Numbered from the stretch's first letter, positions 1 through 9,626 are shown. The stretch is DNA of 64,000 bases from Sedimentisphaerales bacterium (GCA_963708075.1 OY970194.1:1824001-1888000); one strand, 5' to 3'. Notes: a model not told the origin generated them from the sequence alone. Numbers and translations: made by a program.

Positions 1-281
1 CACAACTCGTTCCACGCCACCTGGAACGTCGCACACCACAGGACGTTCTTATCGCCCCTGATCGCGCACTCCAGGTGAGGTGTCACGATGGTACCTTTCA
101 ACGACTCAGCATCGAGCCTTCGCAAAGGCGACCCGCCGGCGGGTGCATACGTTGCCGGCTTCGTGTTTCGAGGCGAACCACCTCGCCACATACGGAGCGT
201 CCGCGGGAGGTAGATCGCCCACAAAACGGCGGTGGCCGCCAACAGGGCCACACCCAACGCGTACTTCGCTCGAATAGACAT
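1..281 (-). CDS. Hypothetical membrane-anchored or secreted protein, 5' part only (runs off the window edge)
   Basis: Hand-translated, absent from the ORF track: MSIRAKYALGVALLAATAVLWAIYLP...TIVTPHLECAIRGDKNVLWCATFQVAWNEL. GGGAG SD upstream of ATG 281; hydrophobic N-terminus; follows polA on the same strand. Confidence 0.75.
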   Translation of the reverse strand, partial: MSIRAKYALGVALLAATAVLWAIYLPRTLRMWRGGSPRNTKPATYAPAGGSPLRRLDAESLKGTIVTPHLECAIRGDKNVLWCATFQVAWNEL

Positions 282-339
282 TCCAGCGATCTCCCACAAT
301 AGTCAGACCAAGTTTCGTCCCGGGCGCAACCGAATACTC

Positions 340-3108
340 CTACTTGTCCGCGAGCCAGGAGGGGCCGCAGGTGGTGTCCACTTTGATGGGGACGTCGAAC
401 TGGATGGCCGCGGACATGGCCTCGGAGATCCATTTGGCGTGGTCCCCGGCCTCGGCGGCGGGCAGCTCGAAGACCAGTTCATCGTGAACCTGCAGGATCA
501 TCTGTATCGGAAGGTGCTCCGCCTCGATCCGCCGGTGGATGGTGAGCATGGCAAGCTTGATCATGTCCGCGGCGGAGCCCTGGATGACGGTATTGACGGC
601 GAGACGCTCTGCCTGGGCCCGGCGGCCGGGGTTCTTGCTCTTGATGTCCAGGATTTGGCGCTTACGGCCGAGGATCGTCTCCGCGTAACCTGTTCGGCGG
701 GCCTTCGCGATGCACTCGTCGATGAACGCCCGGATCGAGCCGTAGCGGGCGAAGTATTGCTCGATAAACTGCTTCGCCTCCGCGGGGCTGATGTGGATCG
801 TGCGGGCCAGGCCCTGGGCCCCTTGCCCGTAGATGATGCCGAAATTGACGGTCTTGCACCGCGAGCGCATCTCGCTGGTCACCTTGTCCAGCGCCACATT
901 GTAGATTTGCGACGCCACGAAGCGGTGAATATCCTGATCCGCGGCAAATGCCGCCCGCATCGCTTCATCTTTCGAGAAATGGGCGAGTAGCCGCAGCTCG
1001 ATCTGGCTGTAATCGGCGCTCAGGATGCAGTCGCCCTTCTTCGCCGGCACGAAGGCGGCCCGGATCTTGCGGCCGAGCTCCGTGCGGGCGGGGATGTTCT
1101 GCAGATTCGGATTGCTGGAGGACAGCCGGCCCGTCGCCGTGATCGTCTGATTGAACGAAGCGTGCAGCCGGTGCGTCCTTGGATCGATCAGCGAAGGAAG
1201 CTTGTCCACATACGTGTTCTTCAGTTTCGCCAGCGTGCGATATTCCAGGACCATCTCCGCGATCGGATGCTGGTCTGTAAGCTGTTCGAGAATCTCTGCG
1301 TCTGTGCTGCGGCCGCCCTTGCCGAACTGCCTCGACATAAGCTTGAGCCGGTCGAACAGCACTTCCGCGAGCTGCTTGGGCGAGTCGATGTTGAAGACTG
1401 TCCCCGCCTGTTCATAGATCCGCTCGGCGACATGATTCAGCGCCTCATCCAGTTCGCCGGACATTTGCCGCAGCATGCTGGTGTCGATGGAGACGCCGTT
1501 GTATTCCATCTCCGCCAGCACCTCGACCAGCGGCATCTCGACCTCGTGGAACAGCTTGCTGAGCTGCGGCTCGCGCTCCAACTTCTCCTTGAGACACAGG
1601 TAAAGCTGGTACGTAATATCGGCATCCTCCGCCGAGTATTCGCAGGCAGCAGCCAGATCGACCAGGTCGAACGTCAACTGGTTCTTCCCCTTGCCGATCA
1701 GGGCAACGATAGGCACACATTCGTATGCCAGAAAGTCCATCGCCAGGTTGTCCATCGAATGCGACATGCGCTCGGGATCGAGGCAATAGGAGGCCACCAT
1801 CGTATCGAAATAGACGCCCCGGACGGGCATCTGGGCATTTCGCAGCACGATCAAGTCGTACTTCAGGTTCTGGCCTATCTTCTGGACGCGCTCATCGGCC
1901 AGGATCGGGGCTAATTCCCGGCGGACCGTCGCAACATCCAGATGCGACGAGCCCAGCGGGCCTTTGACGGGCACATAGAACGCCCGATGTGGCTGCCAGC
2001 ACAGACTTACTCCGACCAGCTCCGCCCGTACCGCATTGACCGAGGTCGTCTCTGTATCGACGGAAATGAGCTTCTGCTTTCGCAGCTCCGCCATCATGGC
2101 CGCCAGCTTCTCGGCCGTATCGACCAGCGTGTACTGATGCGCCGTGGTCCCTGCGGAGGCCGGTTTCATGGAGTCGCGAGGGAGCAGCGGCGGCGGAAGT
2201 GGCGGCGCCTCGACTGCCGGCGCAGGATTGCCCGGGCTCTCTGCGGGGCTTTCCTGCGGATTGAGCTTGCTCAGAAGCCGATGGAATCCGAGCTCGCTGA
2301 AGACCGCCGTGAGTTTCTCCTTGTCCGGCTCCTTCACCGCAAACGCCTCGTAGTCCATCTCCAGCGGAACCTCGCAATCGAGTGTGACGAGGCCCCGACT
2401 GACGTATGCCTGTTCCCTGGAGCTACGAAGGTTCTCGCCCCGCTTGCCTTTGATCTCGTCGATATGGGTGTAAAGGTTATCGAGGTCGCCGTAGGTGCGG
2501 ATCAGCTCCCGGGCGGTCTTCTCCCCGATCAGAGGCACGCCGGGCACGTTGTCCACGGCGTCGCCCTCCAGGGCCAGGCAATCAACGATCTGCCCCGGCG
2601 TGATCCCCATCTCCGCCTTCATCACTTGACTGTCGATCACCTTGCCCGTCTTGACATCGAACACCCGTATATGACCGTCGAGCAGTTGCAGAATGTCCTT
2701 ATCCTTCGAGCAGATGAACACCTCGACTCCGTCGGCGGCGGCCTTCCTCGCCAGCGTCCCGATGATGTCGTCCGCCTCGAAGCCGTCCATCCGCAAGACC
2801 GGGATCCGCATCGCCTCCAGGACCTGCTCGATCCGCTTGACCTGCACGGGCATATCATCCGGCATCGGCGGCCGGTGGGCCTTGTACTCCGCAAAGACGG
2901 TGCTCCGGTGCGTCGGGGCGGCACTATCCAGGGCCACGACGAGCATGTCCGGCTTCTGCTTCTCCAGGAGCCCAACCATGGCCGTCGTGAAGATATACGT
3001 CGCCTTGGTCGGCTCGCCGCTCGGGCTGGTCAGCCGCTGCTTCATCGGAGCGTAGTAAGCCGCGTAGATGTGAGCGTGGCCATCGATGATATAGAGTGTC
3101 TTCGCCAT
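340..3108 (-). CDS. polA: DNA polymerase I
   Basis: 5'-3' exonuclease (IIDGHAHIYAAYY, EADDIIGT), 3'-5' exonuclease (VDTET), PolA motifs DYSQIELR, KTVNFGIIYG and QVHDELVFE. Start set at MAKTLY. Confidence 0.98.
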   Translation of the reverse strand: MAKTLYIIDGHAHIYAAYYAPMKQRLTSPSGEPTKATYIFTTAMVGLLEKQKPDMLVVALDSAAPTHRSTVFAEYKAHRPPMPDDMPVQVKRIEQVLEAMRIPVLRMDGFEADDIIGTLARKAAADGVEVFICSKDKDILQLLDGHIRVFDVKTGKVIDSQVMKAEMGITPGQIVDCLALEGDAVDNVPGVPLIGEKTARELIRTYGDLDNLYTHIDEIKGKRGENLRSSREQAYVSRGLVTLDCEVPLEMDYEAFAVKEPDKEKLTAVFSELGFHRLLSKLNPQESPAESPGNPAPAVEAPPLPPPLLPRDSMKPASAGTTAHQYTLVDTAEKLAAMMAELRKQKLISVDTETTSVNAVRAELVGVSLCWQPHRAFYVPVKGPLGSSHLDVATVRRELAPILADERVQKIGQNLKYDLIVLRNAQMPVRGVYFDTMVASYCLDPERMSHSMDNLAMDFLAYECVPIVALIGKGKNQLTFDLVDLAAACEYSAEDADITYQLYLCLKEKLEREPQLSKLFHEVEMPLVEVLAEMEYNGVSIDTSMLRQMSGELDEALNHVAERIYEQAGTVFNIDSPKQLAEVLFDRLKLMSRQFGKGGRSTDAEILEQLTDQHPIAEMVLEYRTLAKLKNTYVDKLPSLIDPRTHRLHASFNQTITATGRLSSSNPNLQNIPARTELGRKIRAAFVPAKKGDCILSADYSQIELRLLAHFSKDEAMRAAFAADQDIHRFVASQIYNVALDKVTSEMRSRCKTVNFGIIYGQGAQGLARTIHISPAEAKQFIEQYFARYGSIRAFIDECIAKARRTGYAETILGRKRQILDIKSKNPGRRAQAERLAVNTVIQGSAADMIKLAMLTIHRRIEAEHLPIQMILQVHDELVFELPAAEAGDHAKWISEAMSAAIQFDVPIKVDTTCGPSWLADK

Positions 3109-3115
3109 CCATAGT

Positions 3116-3144
3116 ATTCTACGAATCCGGGTTCGCCCCGTCAA
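3116..3144 (-). promoter_or_regulatory. Sigma70-type promoter of polA (probably leaderless)
   Basis: TTGACG-17 nt-TAGAAT on the minus strand; ATG 3108 lies 7 nt after the -10. Confidence 0.6.
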
Positions 3145-3171
3145 GGCACCCGCCGTTCAGCAATCGCCCTG

Positions 3172-3200
3172 TTGACAACGCACGCCTGCCGTCGTATCAT
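3172..3200 (+). promoter_or_regulatory. Sigma70-type promoter of the divergent beta-barrel gene
   Basis: TTGACA-17 nt-TATCAT. Confidence 0.6.
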
Positions 3201-3265
3201 CACCGCCCGTAGTGCCGGAGCGTTCCGGCATTATAGAGTTTGGAGGTCCTTGTTTGGAGAAAAGT

Positions 3266-4012
3266 ATGAGCATGTCTGTCAAGTCTTGTGGTATTGTCCT
3301 GGGGTTGGTTTCTGCGCTGCTTGTGCCCGCGGCAGCCAATGAAGCCGTATCCACGACCAATTTCATGGTCGATGGCTTCTACGGGAACATCGATGGCGAA
3401 ACGGGCAAAGGCGTCGGTGGTCTGGCGGCGGTTCCCCTCGGCGACAGTTACGGCCTGCAGGTCGATGGCCTGTACGGCGAGGTCAACCCGGACGATATCA
3501 AGGGGGCCGGCCTGCATACCTTCTGGCGCAAGTCCACGCTGGGACTTGTCGGGCTGACCGCCAGTCTGGCGGAATGGGAGAATAGCGAGGCCATCCGGGT
3601 CGGGGCAGAGGGCGAGTACTACTGGGATCAGTTTACATTCGGCGGCTTCGGGGGGCATCAGAGTGGCGACGTCGACGACTCATGGTACGGCGGGCTCGTA
3701 GGCCGCTTCTATCCGCTCGAGGATCTGATGTTGTCGGCGGCAGCCACGACAACGGACGATTTCGAAGTATACATCTTCGGGGTCGAATACCAGACCCCCG
3801 TTCCCGGCCTGTGCGTTTTCGCGACCGTGGCAGCGGGCGAAGATGATTACGACCACACCCTTTTCGGCGTGCAGTACTACTTCGGCGGCTCTCAGAAGAC
3901 GCTCATTCGGCGGCACCGCGAGGACAACGTCGCCGTCAATCTCTTTGGCAATCTGCTCGGGGCGGTGGCAGGCGTGAGCGAACCGCCGGTGCCGGAGCCA
4001 GAGCCGGACTGA
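3266..4012 (+). CDS. Secreted, probable outer-membrane beta-barrel protein
   Basis: Signal peptide (GIVLGLVSALLVPAAA), alternating amphipathic strands rich in G/Y/F, Pro-Glu tail; GGAG upstream of ATG 3266. Confidence 0.6.
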   Translation: MSMSVKSCGIVLGLVSALLVPAAANEAVSTTNFMVDGFYGNIDGETGKGVGGLAAVPLGDSYGLQVDGLYGEVNPDDIKGAGLHTFWRKSTLGLVGLTASLAEWENSEAIRVGAEGEYYWDQFTFGGFGGHQSGDVDDSWYGGLVGRFYPLEDLMLSAAATTTDDFEVYIFGVEYQTPVPGLCVFATVAAGEDDYDHTLFGVQYYFGGSQKTLIRRHREDNVAVNLFGNLLGAVAGVSEPPVPEPEPD

Positions 4013-4062
4013 TCAAGTCTGTGAACGGCCAGACACGGCGCGTGAATTCGCTAAACTCGCGA

Positions 4063-4091
4063 TTGACAGCAGCCGAGAATTCTGGTAGAAA
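4063..4091 (+). promoter_or_regulatory. Candidate promoter of the ileS leader
   Basis: TTGACA-17 nt-TAGAAA. Confidence 0.45.
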
Positions 4092-4124
4092 CGTGATGAG
4101 ATGTACGTTCGTAGAAAGATTCAC

Positions 4125-4226
4125 ATGCGAACAGTGATGGGTAGACAATTCAGGGCGGTGATCGGGACCGAGCGGATCGCTATCGGTCTGATCATAATTA
4201 TTGGCGGGAGAAGAAAGCTGCCCTGA
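4125..4226 (+). CDS. Ile-rich leader peptide of an ileS attenuator
   Basis: MRTVMGRQFRAVIGTERIAIGLIIIIGGRRKLP*: 7 Ile, four consecutive (ATC ATA ATT ATT, 4191-4202). In-frame alternative starts at 4101 and 4137. Confidence 0.8.
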   Translation: MRTVMGRQFRAVIGTERIAIGLIIIIGGRRKLP

Positions 4227-4250
4227 GAATGCTTATATCGAGTTGACGTG

Positions 4251-4290
4251 AAGCCTTCCAGAGCAGCAGACTCCGGAAGGCTTTTTTATT
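4251..4290 (+). terminator. Intrinsic terminator of the attenuator
   Basis: AAGCCTTCC (4251-4259) pairs with GGAAGGCTT (4275-4283), followed by TTTTATT; the 5' arm can alternatively pair with 4217-4234. Confidence 0.85.
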
Positions 4291-4302
4291 GGAGCAGAGA
4301 CG

Positions 4303-4407
4303 ATGCAGACGCAGGCAGTGATCCGCAAGGCGACGCGGCGGGATCTGGATGCGATCGTCGCGCTGGCACAGGAGTTGATGGACTTCCACAAGGCCCTCGA
4401 CCTGTAG
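4303..4407 (+). pseudogene. N-terminal fragment of a GNAT acetyltransferase (34 aa)
   Basis: GGAG SD then MQTQAVIRKATRRDLDAIVALAQELMDFHKALDL*; typical GNAT N-terminus, then stop. Confidence 0.55.
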
Positions 4408-4436
4408 TTGACATAGGCGTCGTGCAGACTTATGAT
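4408..4436 (+). promoter_or_regulatory. Proximal sigma70 promoter of ileS
   Basis: TTGACA-17 nt-TATGAT, downstream of the attenuator. Confidence 0.65.
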
Positions 4437-4474
4437 GCGTCATTTACTCTTGGGAGCCTTTGAGGACGTTGATA

Positions 4475-7340
4475 ATGTCGGATGACCAGAAGCATAATTA
4501 TCGCGATACATTGAATCTGCCTCAGACGAGCTTTGCGATGAAGGCGAACCTGGTGCAGCGCGAGCCGCAGATGCGCAAGCGCTGGGCTGAGCAGAAGATT
4601 TACGCCCGGATTCGCGAGGCCCGCAAGGGCGCTCCGCTCTATATCCTGCACGACGGCCCGCCGTACGCCAACGGCGACATCCACATGGGCCACGTGATCA
4701 ACAAGGTCCTCAAGGATTTCGTGGTCAAGTACCGGACGATGATGGGCTTCGACGCGCCGTACATCCCCGGCTGGGACTGCCACGGGCTGCCCATCGAGTC
4801 GAAGGTGATGACCGATCTCGGCGAGAAGGCCAAATCCATGCCCAAGCAGGAAATCCGCCGGGACTGCATGAAGTACGCGGGCAAGTACGTGAAGATCCAG
4901 AGCCGGCAGTTCCAGGACCTCGGCGTGTTCGGAGACTTCGACAACCCGTACCTGACGTTCAAGCCGAGCTACGAGGCGGGAATCCTCGAAGTCTTCGCCG
5001 AGATGGTCGGCAAGGGTCTCGTCTATAAGCAGCTCAAGCCGATCCACTGGTGCATCGGGTGCGAGACGGCCCTGGCGGAGGCGGAACTGGAGTACAAGGA
5101 TGTTGCCTCGCCGAGCATCTTCGTCAATTTCCCCACCACGGATGAGACGACAAAGCGACTGGTCGAAATGGGCTTGGTGACAAGCGAGCAGGCGCAGCAG
5201 GCCCAGGTCTGTCTCATGATCTGGACGACGACGCCGTGGACGCTGGCGGCAAACCTGGCGGTCGCCGTGCACCCATTCCTCGATTACACGGCTATCAGCT
5301 ACCAGAAAGACGGCCGCAAATTCGTGTCCGTCGTCGCCACCGAGCGTGTCAATGCCGTGGTGCGGGCCGGCGGGCTAAAGGAAGGTGAGTATCACGTCGC
5401 CGAAGCGAAGGTACGTGGCAGCGATTTGGAGGGCTTGCGATACAAGCACCCATTCGTCGACTGGAATCCGACCGACAAAGACGCCTATATGGTGGTCCTG
5501 GCCGACTACGTCACTATCGAGGACGGCACCGGCCTCGTGCACACGGCGCCCGGGCACGGCCTGGAAGACTACATGTCGGGCCAGAAATATGGCTTGGCGG
5601 TGTATTCGCCGGTCATGGACGACGGCCGGTACGACGATACGGTACCGCCATGGCTTCGCGGCCGGTGCGTGCTCGACGTGGAAAAAGACGTGAACAACTA
5701 CCTGCGCGAGCACGGCTGGCTGTTCGCCCAGGGCGAGATCCAGCACAGCTATCCGCACTGCTGGCGAAGCCGGGACCCCGTGATCTTTCGCGCGACGGAG
5801 CAGTGGTTTGTCGGCGTGGACAAGCCCCTGCCCGATGTCGGCAAGACCCTTCGCCAGATGGCGATGGAGAGCGTCGAGCAAGTCCAGTGGATTCCCGCGT
5901 GGGGCCAGAAGCGAATCGCGGGCATGCTCGAATCGCGCCCGGACTGGTGCATCAGCCGCCAGCGAAGCTGGGGCCTGCCGATCCCGGTCTTTGTCATGCC
6001 GGATGGCCGGCCGCTGCTGACAAAGGAATCGGTCCTGGCCGTCGCCCGCCATACCGAGAAGCACGGCTCCGATAGCTGGTTCACGCACTCGCCTCGACAA
6101 ATCCTTGGCGACGATTTCCCGCTGCCGGCGGGCTTCAACCTCGACGAACTCCAAAAGGAAGAGAACATCTTCGATGTGTGGTTCGAGTCCGGCTGCAGTT
6201 GGTACAGCGTCTGCCAGCGACGCGAGCACTGGCCCGTGCCGGTGGATATGTACCTTGAAGGCTCGGACCAGCACCGCGGCTGGTTCCAGCTCTCCCTGCT
6301 GCCTGCACTCGGGGCCATCGAGAAGCCTCCGTTTAGGAGCGTCCTGACTCACGGCTTCACCGTCGATGAGAAGGGAATGAAGCAATCGAAATCGCTCGGC
6401 AATTACGTGAATGCGCAAGATGAGATCACCAAGTACGGCTCTGATATCCTGCGACTGTGGGTTCTCGAGCGTAAACTACCAGGAGGATGTTCGCTGCACG
6501 GACGAGTTGATCGGCAGGACGCAGGACGCGTATCGCAAAATTCGCAACACGCTGCGATACCTCTTCGGCAACATCGACGACTTCGATCCGGGCAAAGACG
6601 CCGTGCCCTACGAGCAGATGCTCGAGATCGACCAGTGGGCCATGCAGCGGCTTCAAAAGCTTATCGCCGAGGTCACCGAGGCGTACGACAGCTTCACGTT
6701 CCATCGCGTCTTCTCGCTGGCGTACAACTTCTGCTCCGTCGAGATGAGCAGCATCTACATGGACGTGCTGAAGGACCGCATGTATTGCGACCCGGCGGGC
6801 AGCCCCTCCCGCCGCAGCGGCCAAACGGCCATGTATCATGTCCTCAGCACAGTTGTGCGAATGTTCGCGCCGGTCCTCGTGCACACGGCGGAAGAGGCCT
6901 GGGAGGCGATGAAGGTCAAGCCCGAGGCCTGCGACAGCGTTCACCTGGCCCACATGCCCAAGGTCGATCCTTCCATCGACTACGCCGGTCAGGAACCGAA
7001 GTGGGAAAAGTTGATGGGCTTGCGTGATGAAGTCCTGCGGGTCCTCGAAGGCCTGCGCCGCGACAAGATCATCGCGAGCAATCAGGAGGCCTCCATCACG
7101 ATGCATTGCACGCCGGAAGACGCCGAGGCGTTGAAGCAGTTCGGCATCCCGCAATTCGCTGCCCTGTGCATCGTCAGCGAGGTCAAGCTCGAAGAAGGCG
7201 CTGTGCAAACGACCGTCACCGCCGGCAAGAGCCCCCATCCCAAGTGCCAGCGTTGCTGGAACTACTGGCCGAGCGTGGGTACGAGCGCCGAGCACCCCGA
7301 CATCTGCGACCGCTGCGCCAGCGTGGTTCGCGGGCGGTAG
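4475..7340 (+). CDS. ileS: Isoleucine--tRNA ligase (type 1); +1 frameshift near 6462, probably a sequencing error
   Basis: HDGPPYANG-HMGH, WTTTPWT, GTGLVH, DWCISRQR, EGSDQHRGWF, KQSKS, C-terminal CQRC...CDRC zinc finger. Removing one base near 6462 restores RLWVSSVNYQED and joins the two ORFs. Confidence 0.97.
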
Positions 7341-7381
7341 GCCGGAGCCAAAGGACTGACTGCCATGACCAGATGCAGTTG

Positions 7382-7762
7382 CTACACCATGAAGAGCCGA
7401 TCCACATGCTTTCTGGTCAGCCGGTAGTCGCTGAGCCTGGCGCAGCCTCTTGGGGCTGTGCTGACCATGCTCTTCGGGATAAGAAATACCTGGGAGCTGT
7501 TAAGGCAAACCTCCCCGTTGCTAGCACAGAGCTTTACGACCGCCAAGATGTGATATCGTTCAGGAAGATCCCTGGCACTGTACGAGTTCCCTGTCGTGGT
7601 CTTGACCTGGATTGCCTTGAACACTCCCTTGCGAACCGCGATGAGGTCATTACCCGAGTCTTTCAGTGGTGGGGCAGCCTGAACCCCGAATTGGAGCAGG
7701 CGAATCTGGACAAGTAATTCCCCAAGTGCACCTGTGTTCATTTTATCCGGAAGGTCATTCAT
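7382..7762 (-). CDS. Small PD-(D/E)XK-family nuclease
   Basis: GALGELLV...DSGNDLIA...IQVKT pattern (E...D...QxK); start uncertain (7762 or 7741). Confidence 0.65.
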   Translation of the reverse strand: MNDLPDKMNTGALGELLVQIRLLQFGVQAAPPLKDSGNDLIAVRKGVFKAIQVKTTTGNSYSARDLPERYHILAVVKLCASNGEVCLNSSQVFLIPKSMVSTAPRGCARLSDYRLTRKHVDRLFMV

Positions 7763-7815
7763 CTTTGCTGTTCCCGACATCTGACATAGTAAGAAAGACG
7801 TTAGGATGCTCATCT

Positions 7816-8400
7816 TCAAATCTGACTGGTCTGCGATGACGGTTGCTTCGCGCGATCCAGAAGAGATTGCACAAATTCAATGGTCCCTTCATAATCTGGG
7901 GAATTGGCGCCGACTGTCAAGCCATCAATCAGTGTCTGCACATCGTCGAGAGAAGGCGACAGGACATAACCGAGGACCTTCTCTTCCACCATGTTCAGGG
8001 TGTGATCGATGATTTTCTGGCTGACTCCAAGACTCCTAAGGAGACTCACAACAGGCTCTCGATTGCCACCCACAAACATGCGTTTCTCGAATATAACGAA
8101 GTGGCCTTTTCTTAGCTCCCAGTCACCTGGCTCTATCCAGAATCTCCAGCCGCAGAAACCTGGAATGTTGCTGAGGAAAGAGCCCAATGTATCCAGACCA
8201 TCATAATCGTCTCCTTCTGCAACTTGCACTTGTGCAGATGCATCCTGGCTGGCAAACAGCCCAAGGTGTACCATTTTCTCCGTGCCTTCATATGGGACCG
8301 CTTCATACCAAGGGTCGGCATGTATACCGCTCTCGCTCATACATCTGAAGAACTCCCTGCATTGCTCTAAGGTCAGTTCGTTTCTGATGTCCATCATCAT
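7816..8400 (-). CDS. Hypothetical protein (lower GC)
   Basis: Open frame with GGGAGG SD before ATG 8400; no recognised motif. Confidence 0.55.
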   Translation of the reverse strand: MMMDIRNELTLEQCREFFRCMSESGIHADPWYEAVPYEGTEKMVHLGLFASQDASAQVQVAEGDDYDGLDTLGSFLSNIPGFCGWRFWIEPGDWELRKGHFVIFEKRMFVGGNREPVVSLLRSLGVSQKIIDHTLNMVEEKVLGYVLSPSLDDVQTLIDGLTVGANSPDYEGTIEFVQSLLDRAKQPSSQTSQI

Positions 8401-8558
8401 GCCTCCCAACACAAACGCACTTCCGTAGGCAGTCTTCGCGCAATCACACTATATCGGACCGATTCCGTGGCGACTTGAGGATCGCCCGAGAGCTGTCAGA
8501 GAATTGGGCCGTAGAAAGGCTGCACCGCGAGGTCAATGAGGCGGCAGATTTGCAGATA

Positions 8559-9626
8559 TTACCTGCGATCTCCGGTGTCCAAGTTCCTACCCGAGAGTTG
8601 CTCGACGACTCTGGTGTAGACCTCTTCGAGGGTGACGTGCTGGATGGCGTGCCGGGGGTTGGGGCTTTTGATGGCCAGGCCTCTGCTGGATATGTCACGG
8701 GCGACGATGCATTCCGGCCGGTGGTAAGGACCGACCCGCAGAGGGTTGGACCAACTGAACATCATGACCAACGGTCTGCCGAGCGCAGCGGCGATATGAC
8801 CGGGGCCGGTGTCATTGCTCACCACGAGCCTGGCCACCCGAAGCACCTCCGTCAACTCGGGAAGTGACGTGCGGCCGGCGAGGTTGGCGATGGGGTGCTT
8901 TGCCAGAGCCTGGATTTGTTCGATCATCCCGCCCTCGGATTTGCTGCCCGTGGCAGCGACGGTCAAGCCATGATCCGACGCGAGCCTGTCGACCAGGGCG
9001 GCGAATCGCTCGGCGGGCCAGCATTTACTGACTTGAGCCGAGCCAGGAATAATCACCGCATAGCGGTCGAGGTTCACGCCGTGACGCGAGAGCAGATCGC
9101 GTGCGGCTGCGGCTGCGTCCGGTTTCTGGGGCAGCACGAATTCCACGCGCAGGTCGGCGCCGCCCATTGCTTCGATGAGCTTAAGGTAATAGTCAACCAC
9201 ATGGACCCATTCGAGCCGAGGTGGGATGGCCGTGGTGTAGAAATAGTGGGCCAGCTCCTTGCGCCAAATCGGGCCGAAACGCTGTTTGCAGCCGGAGAGC
9301 CAGGCCAGGGATGCGGATCGGAAAAGCCCCTGGAGGTCGAGCACGGCGTCAAAATGGCTGCGACGAAGCCTGGAAACCAGAGAGGTCAACTCCCGCAGGG
9401 CTGTCGGATGTCGCCACGCCCTACCTAGCGACTTGCGGTCGAATGGGATGATCTCATCGAGGTGCGGGTGTCCCTCAATCAGCGGGGCAAACTCCGGGCG
9501 AACCAGCCAGCTTATCCGCGCCTGTGGGAGACTTCTGCGCAGCGCCGACAGCGCCGGCAGGGCCATCACGACATCGCCCAGCGAACTGGGCTTGATCAAC
9601 AAGATATTCTTGTATGATGCGGTCAT
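8559..9626 (-). CDS. Glycosyltransferase family 9 (LPS heptosyltransferase, WaaC/WaaF-like)
   Basis: ILLIKPSSLGDVV, DLQGLFRS, KCWP, VSNDTGPGHIAAALG. Confidence 0.92.
   Translation of the reverse strand: MTASYKNILLIKPSSLGDVVMALPALSALRRSLPQARISWLVRPEFAPLIEGHPHLDEIIPFDRKSLGRAWRHPTALRELTSLVSRLRRSHFDAVLDLQGLFRSASLAWLSGCKQRFGPIWRKELAHYFYTTAIPPRLEWVHVVDYYLKLIEAMGGADLRVEFVLPQKPDAAAAARDLLSRHGVNLDRYAVIIPGSAQVSKCWPAERFAALVDRLASDHGLTVAATGSKSEGGMIEQIQALAKHPIANLAGRTSLPELTEVLRVARLVVSNDTGPGHIAAALGRPLVMMFSWSNPLRVGPYHRPECIVARDISSRGLAIKSPNPRHAIQHVTLEEVYTRVVEQLSGRNLDTGDRR

Noticed and set aside
232..3114. Long antisense ORFs opposite polA (and similar ones opposite ileS, the RND genes and GH106)
   Set aside because: Shadow ORFs typical of high-GC codon usage; no motifs.
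4100..4290. T-box riboswitch upstream of ileS
   Set aside because: No T-box consensus (TGGNACC) is visible; the Ile-codon uORF and alternative helices explain the region better.
6411..7340. ileS as a pseudogene or a genuinely split gene
   Set aside because: Essential gene with all motifs intact; one base restores the frame, and the window has many similar single-base errors.
7763..8420. Integron cassettes (attC) around the low-GC genes
   Set aside because: Only partial GTTRRR/YYYAAC matches, no paired attC stem and no integrase.
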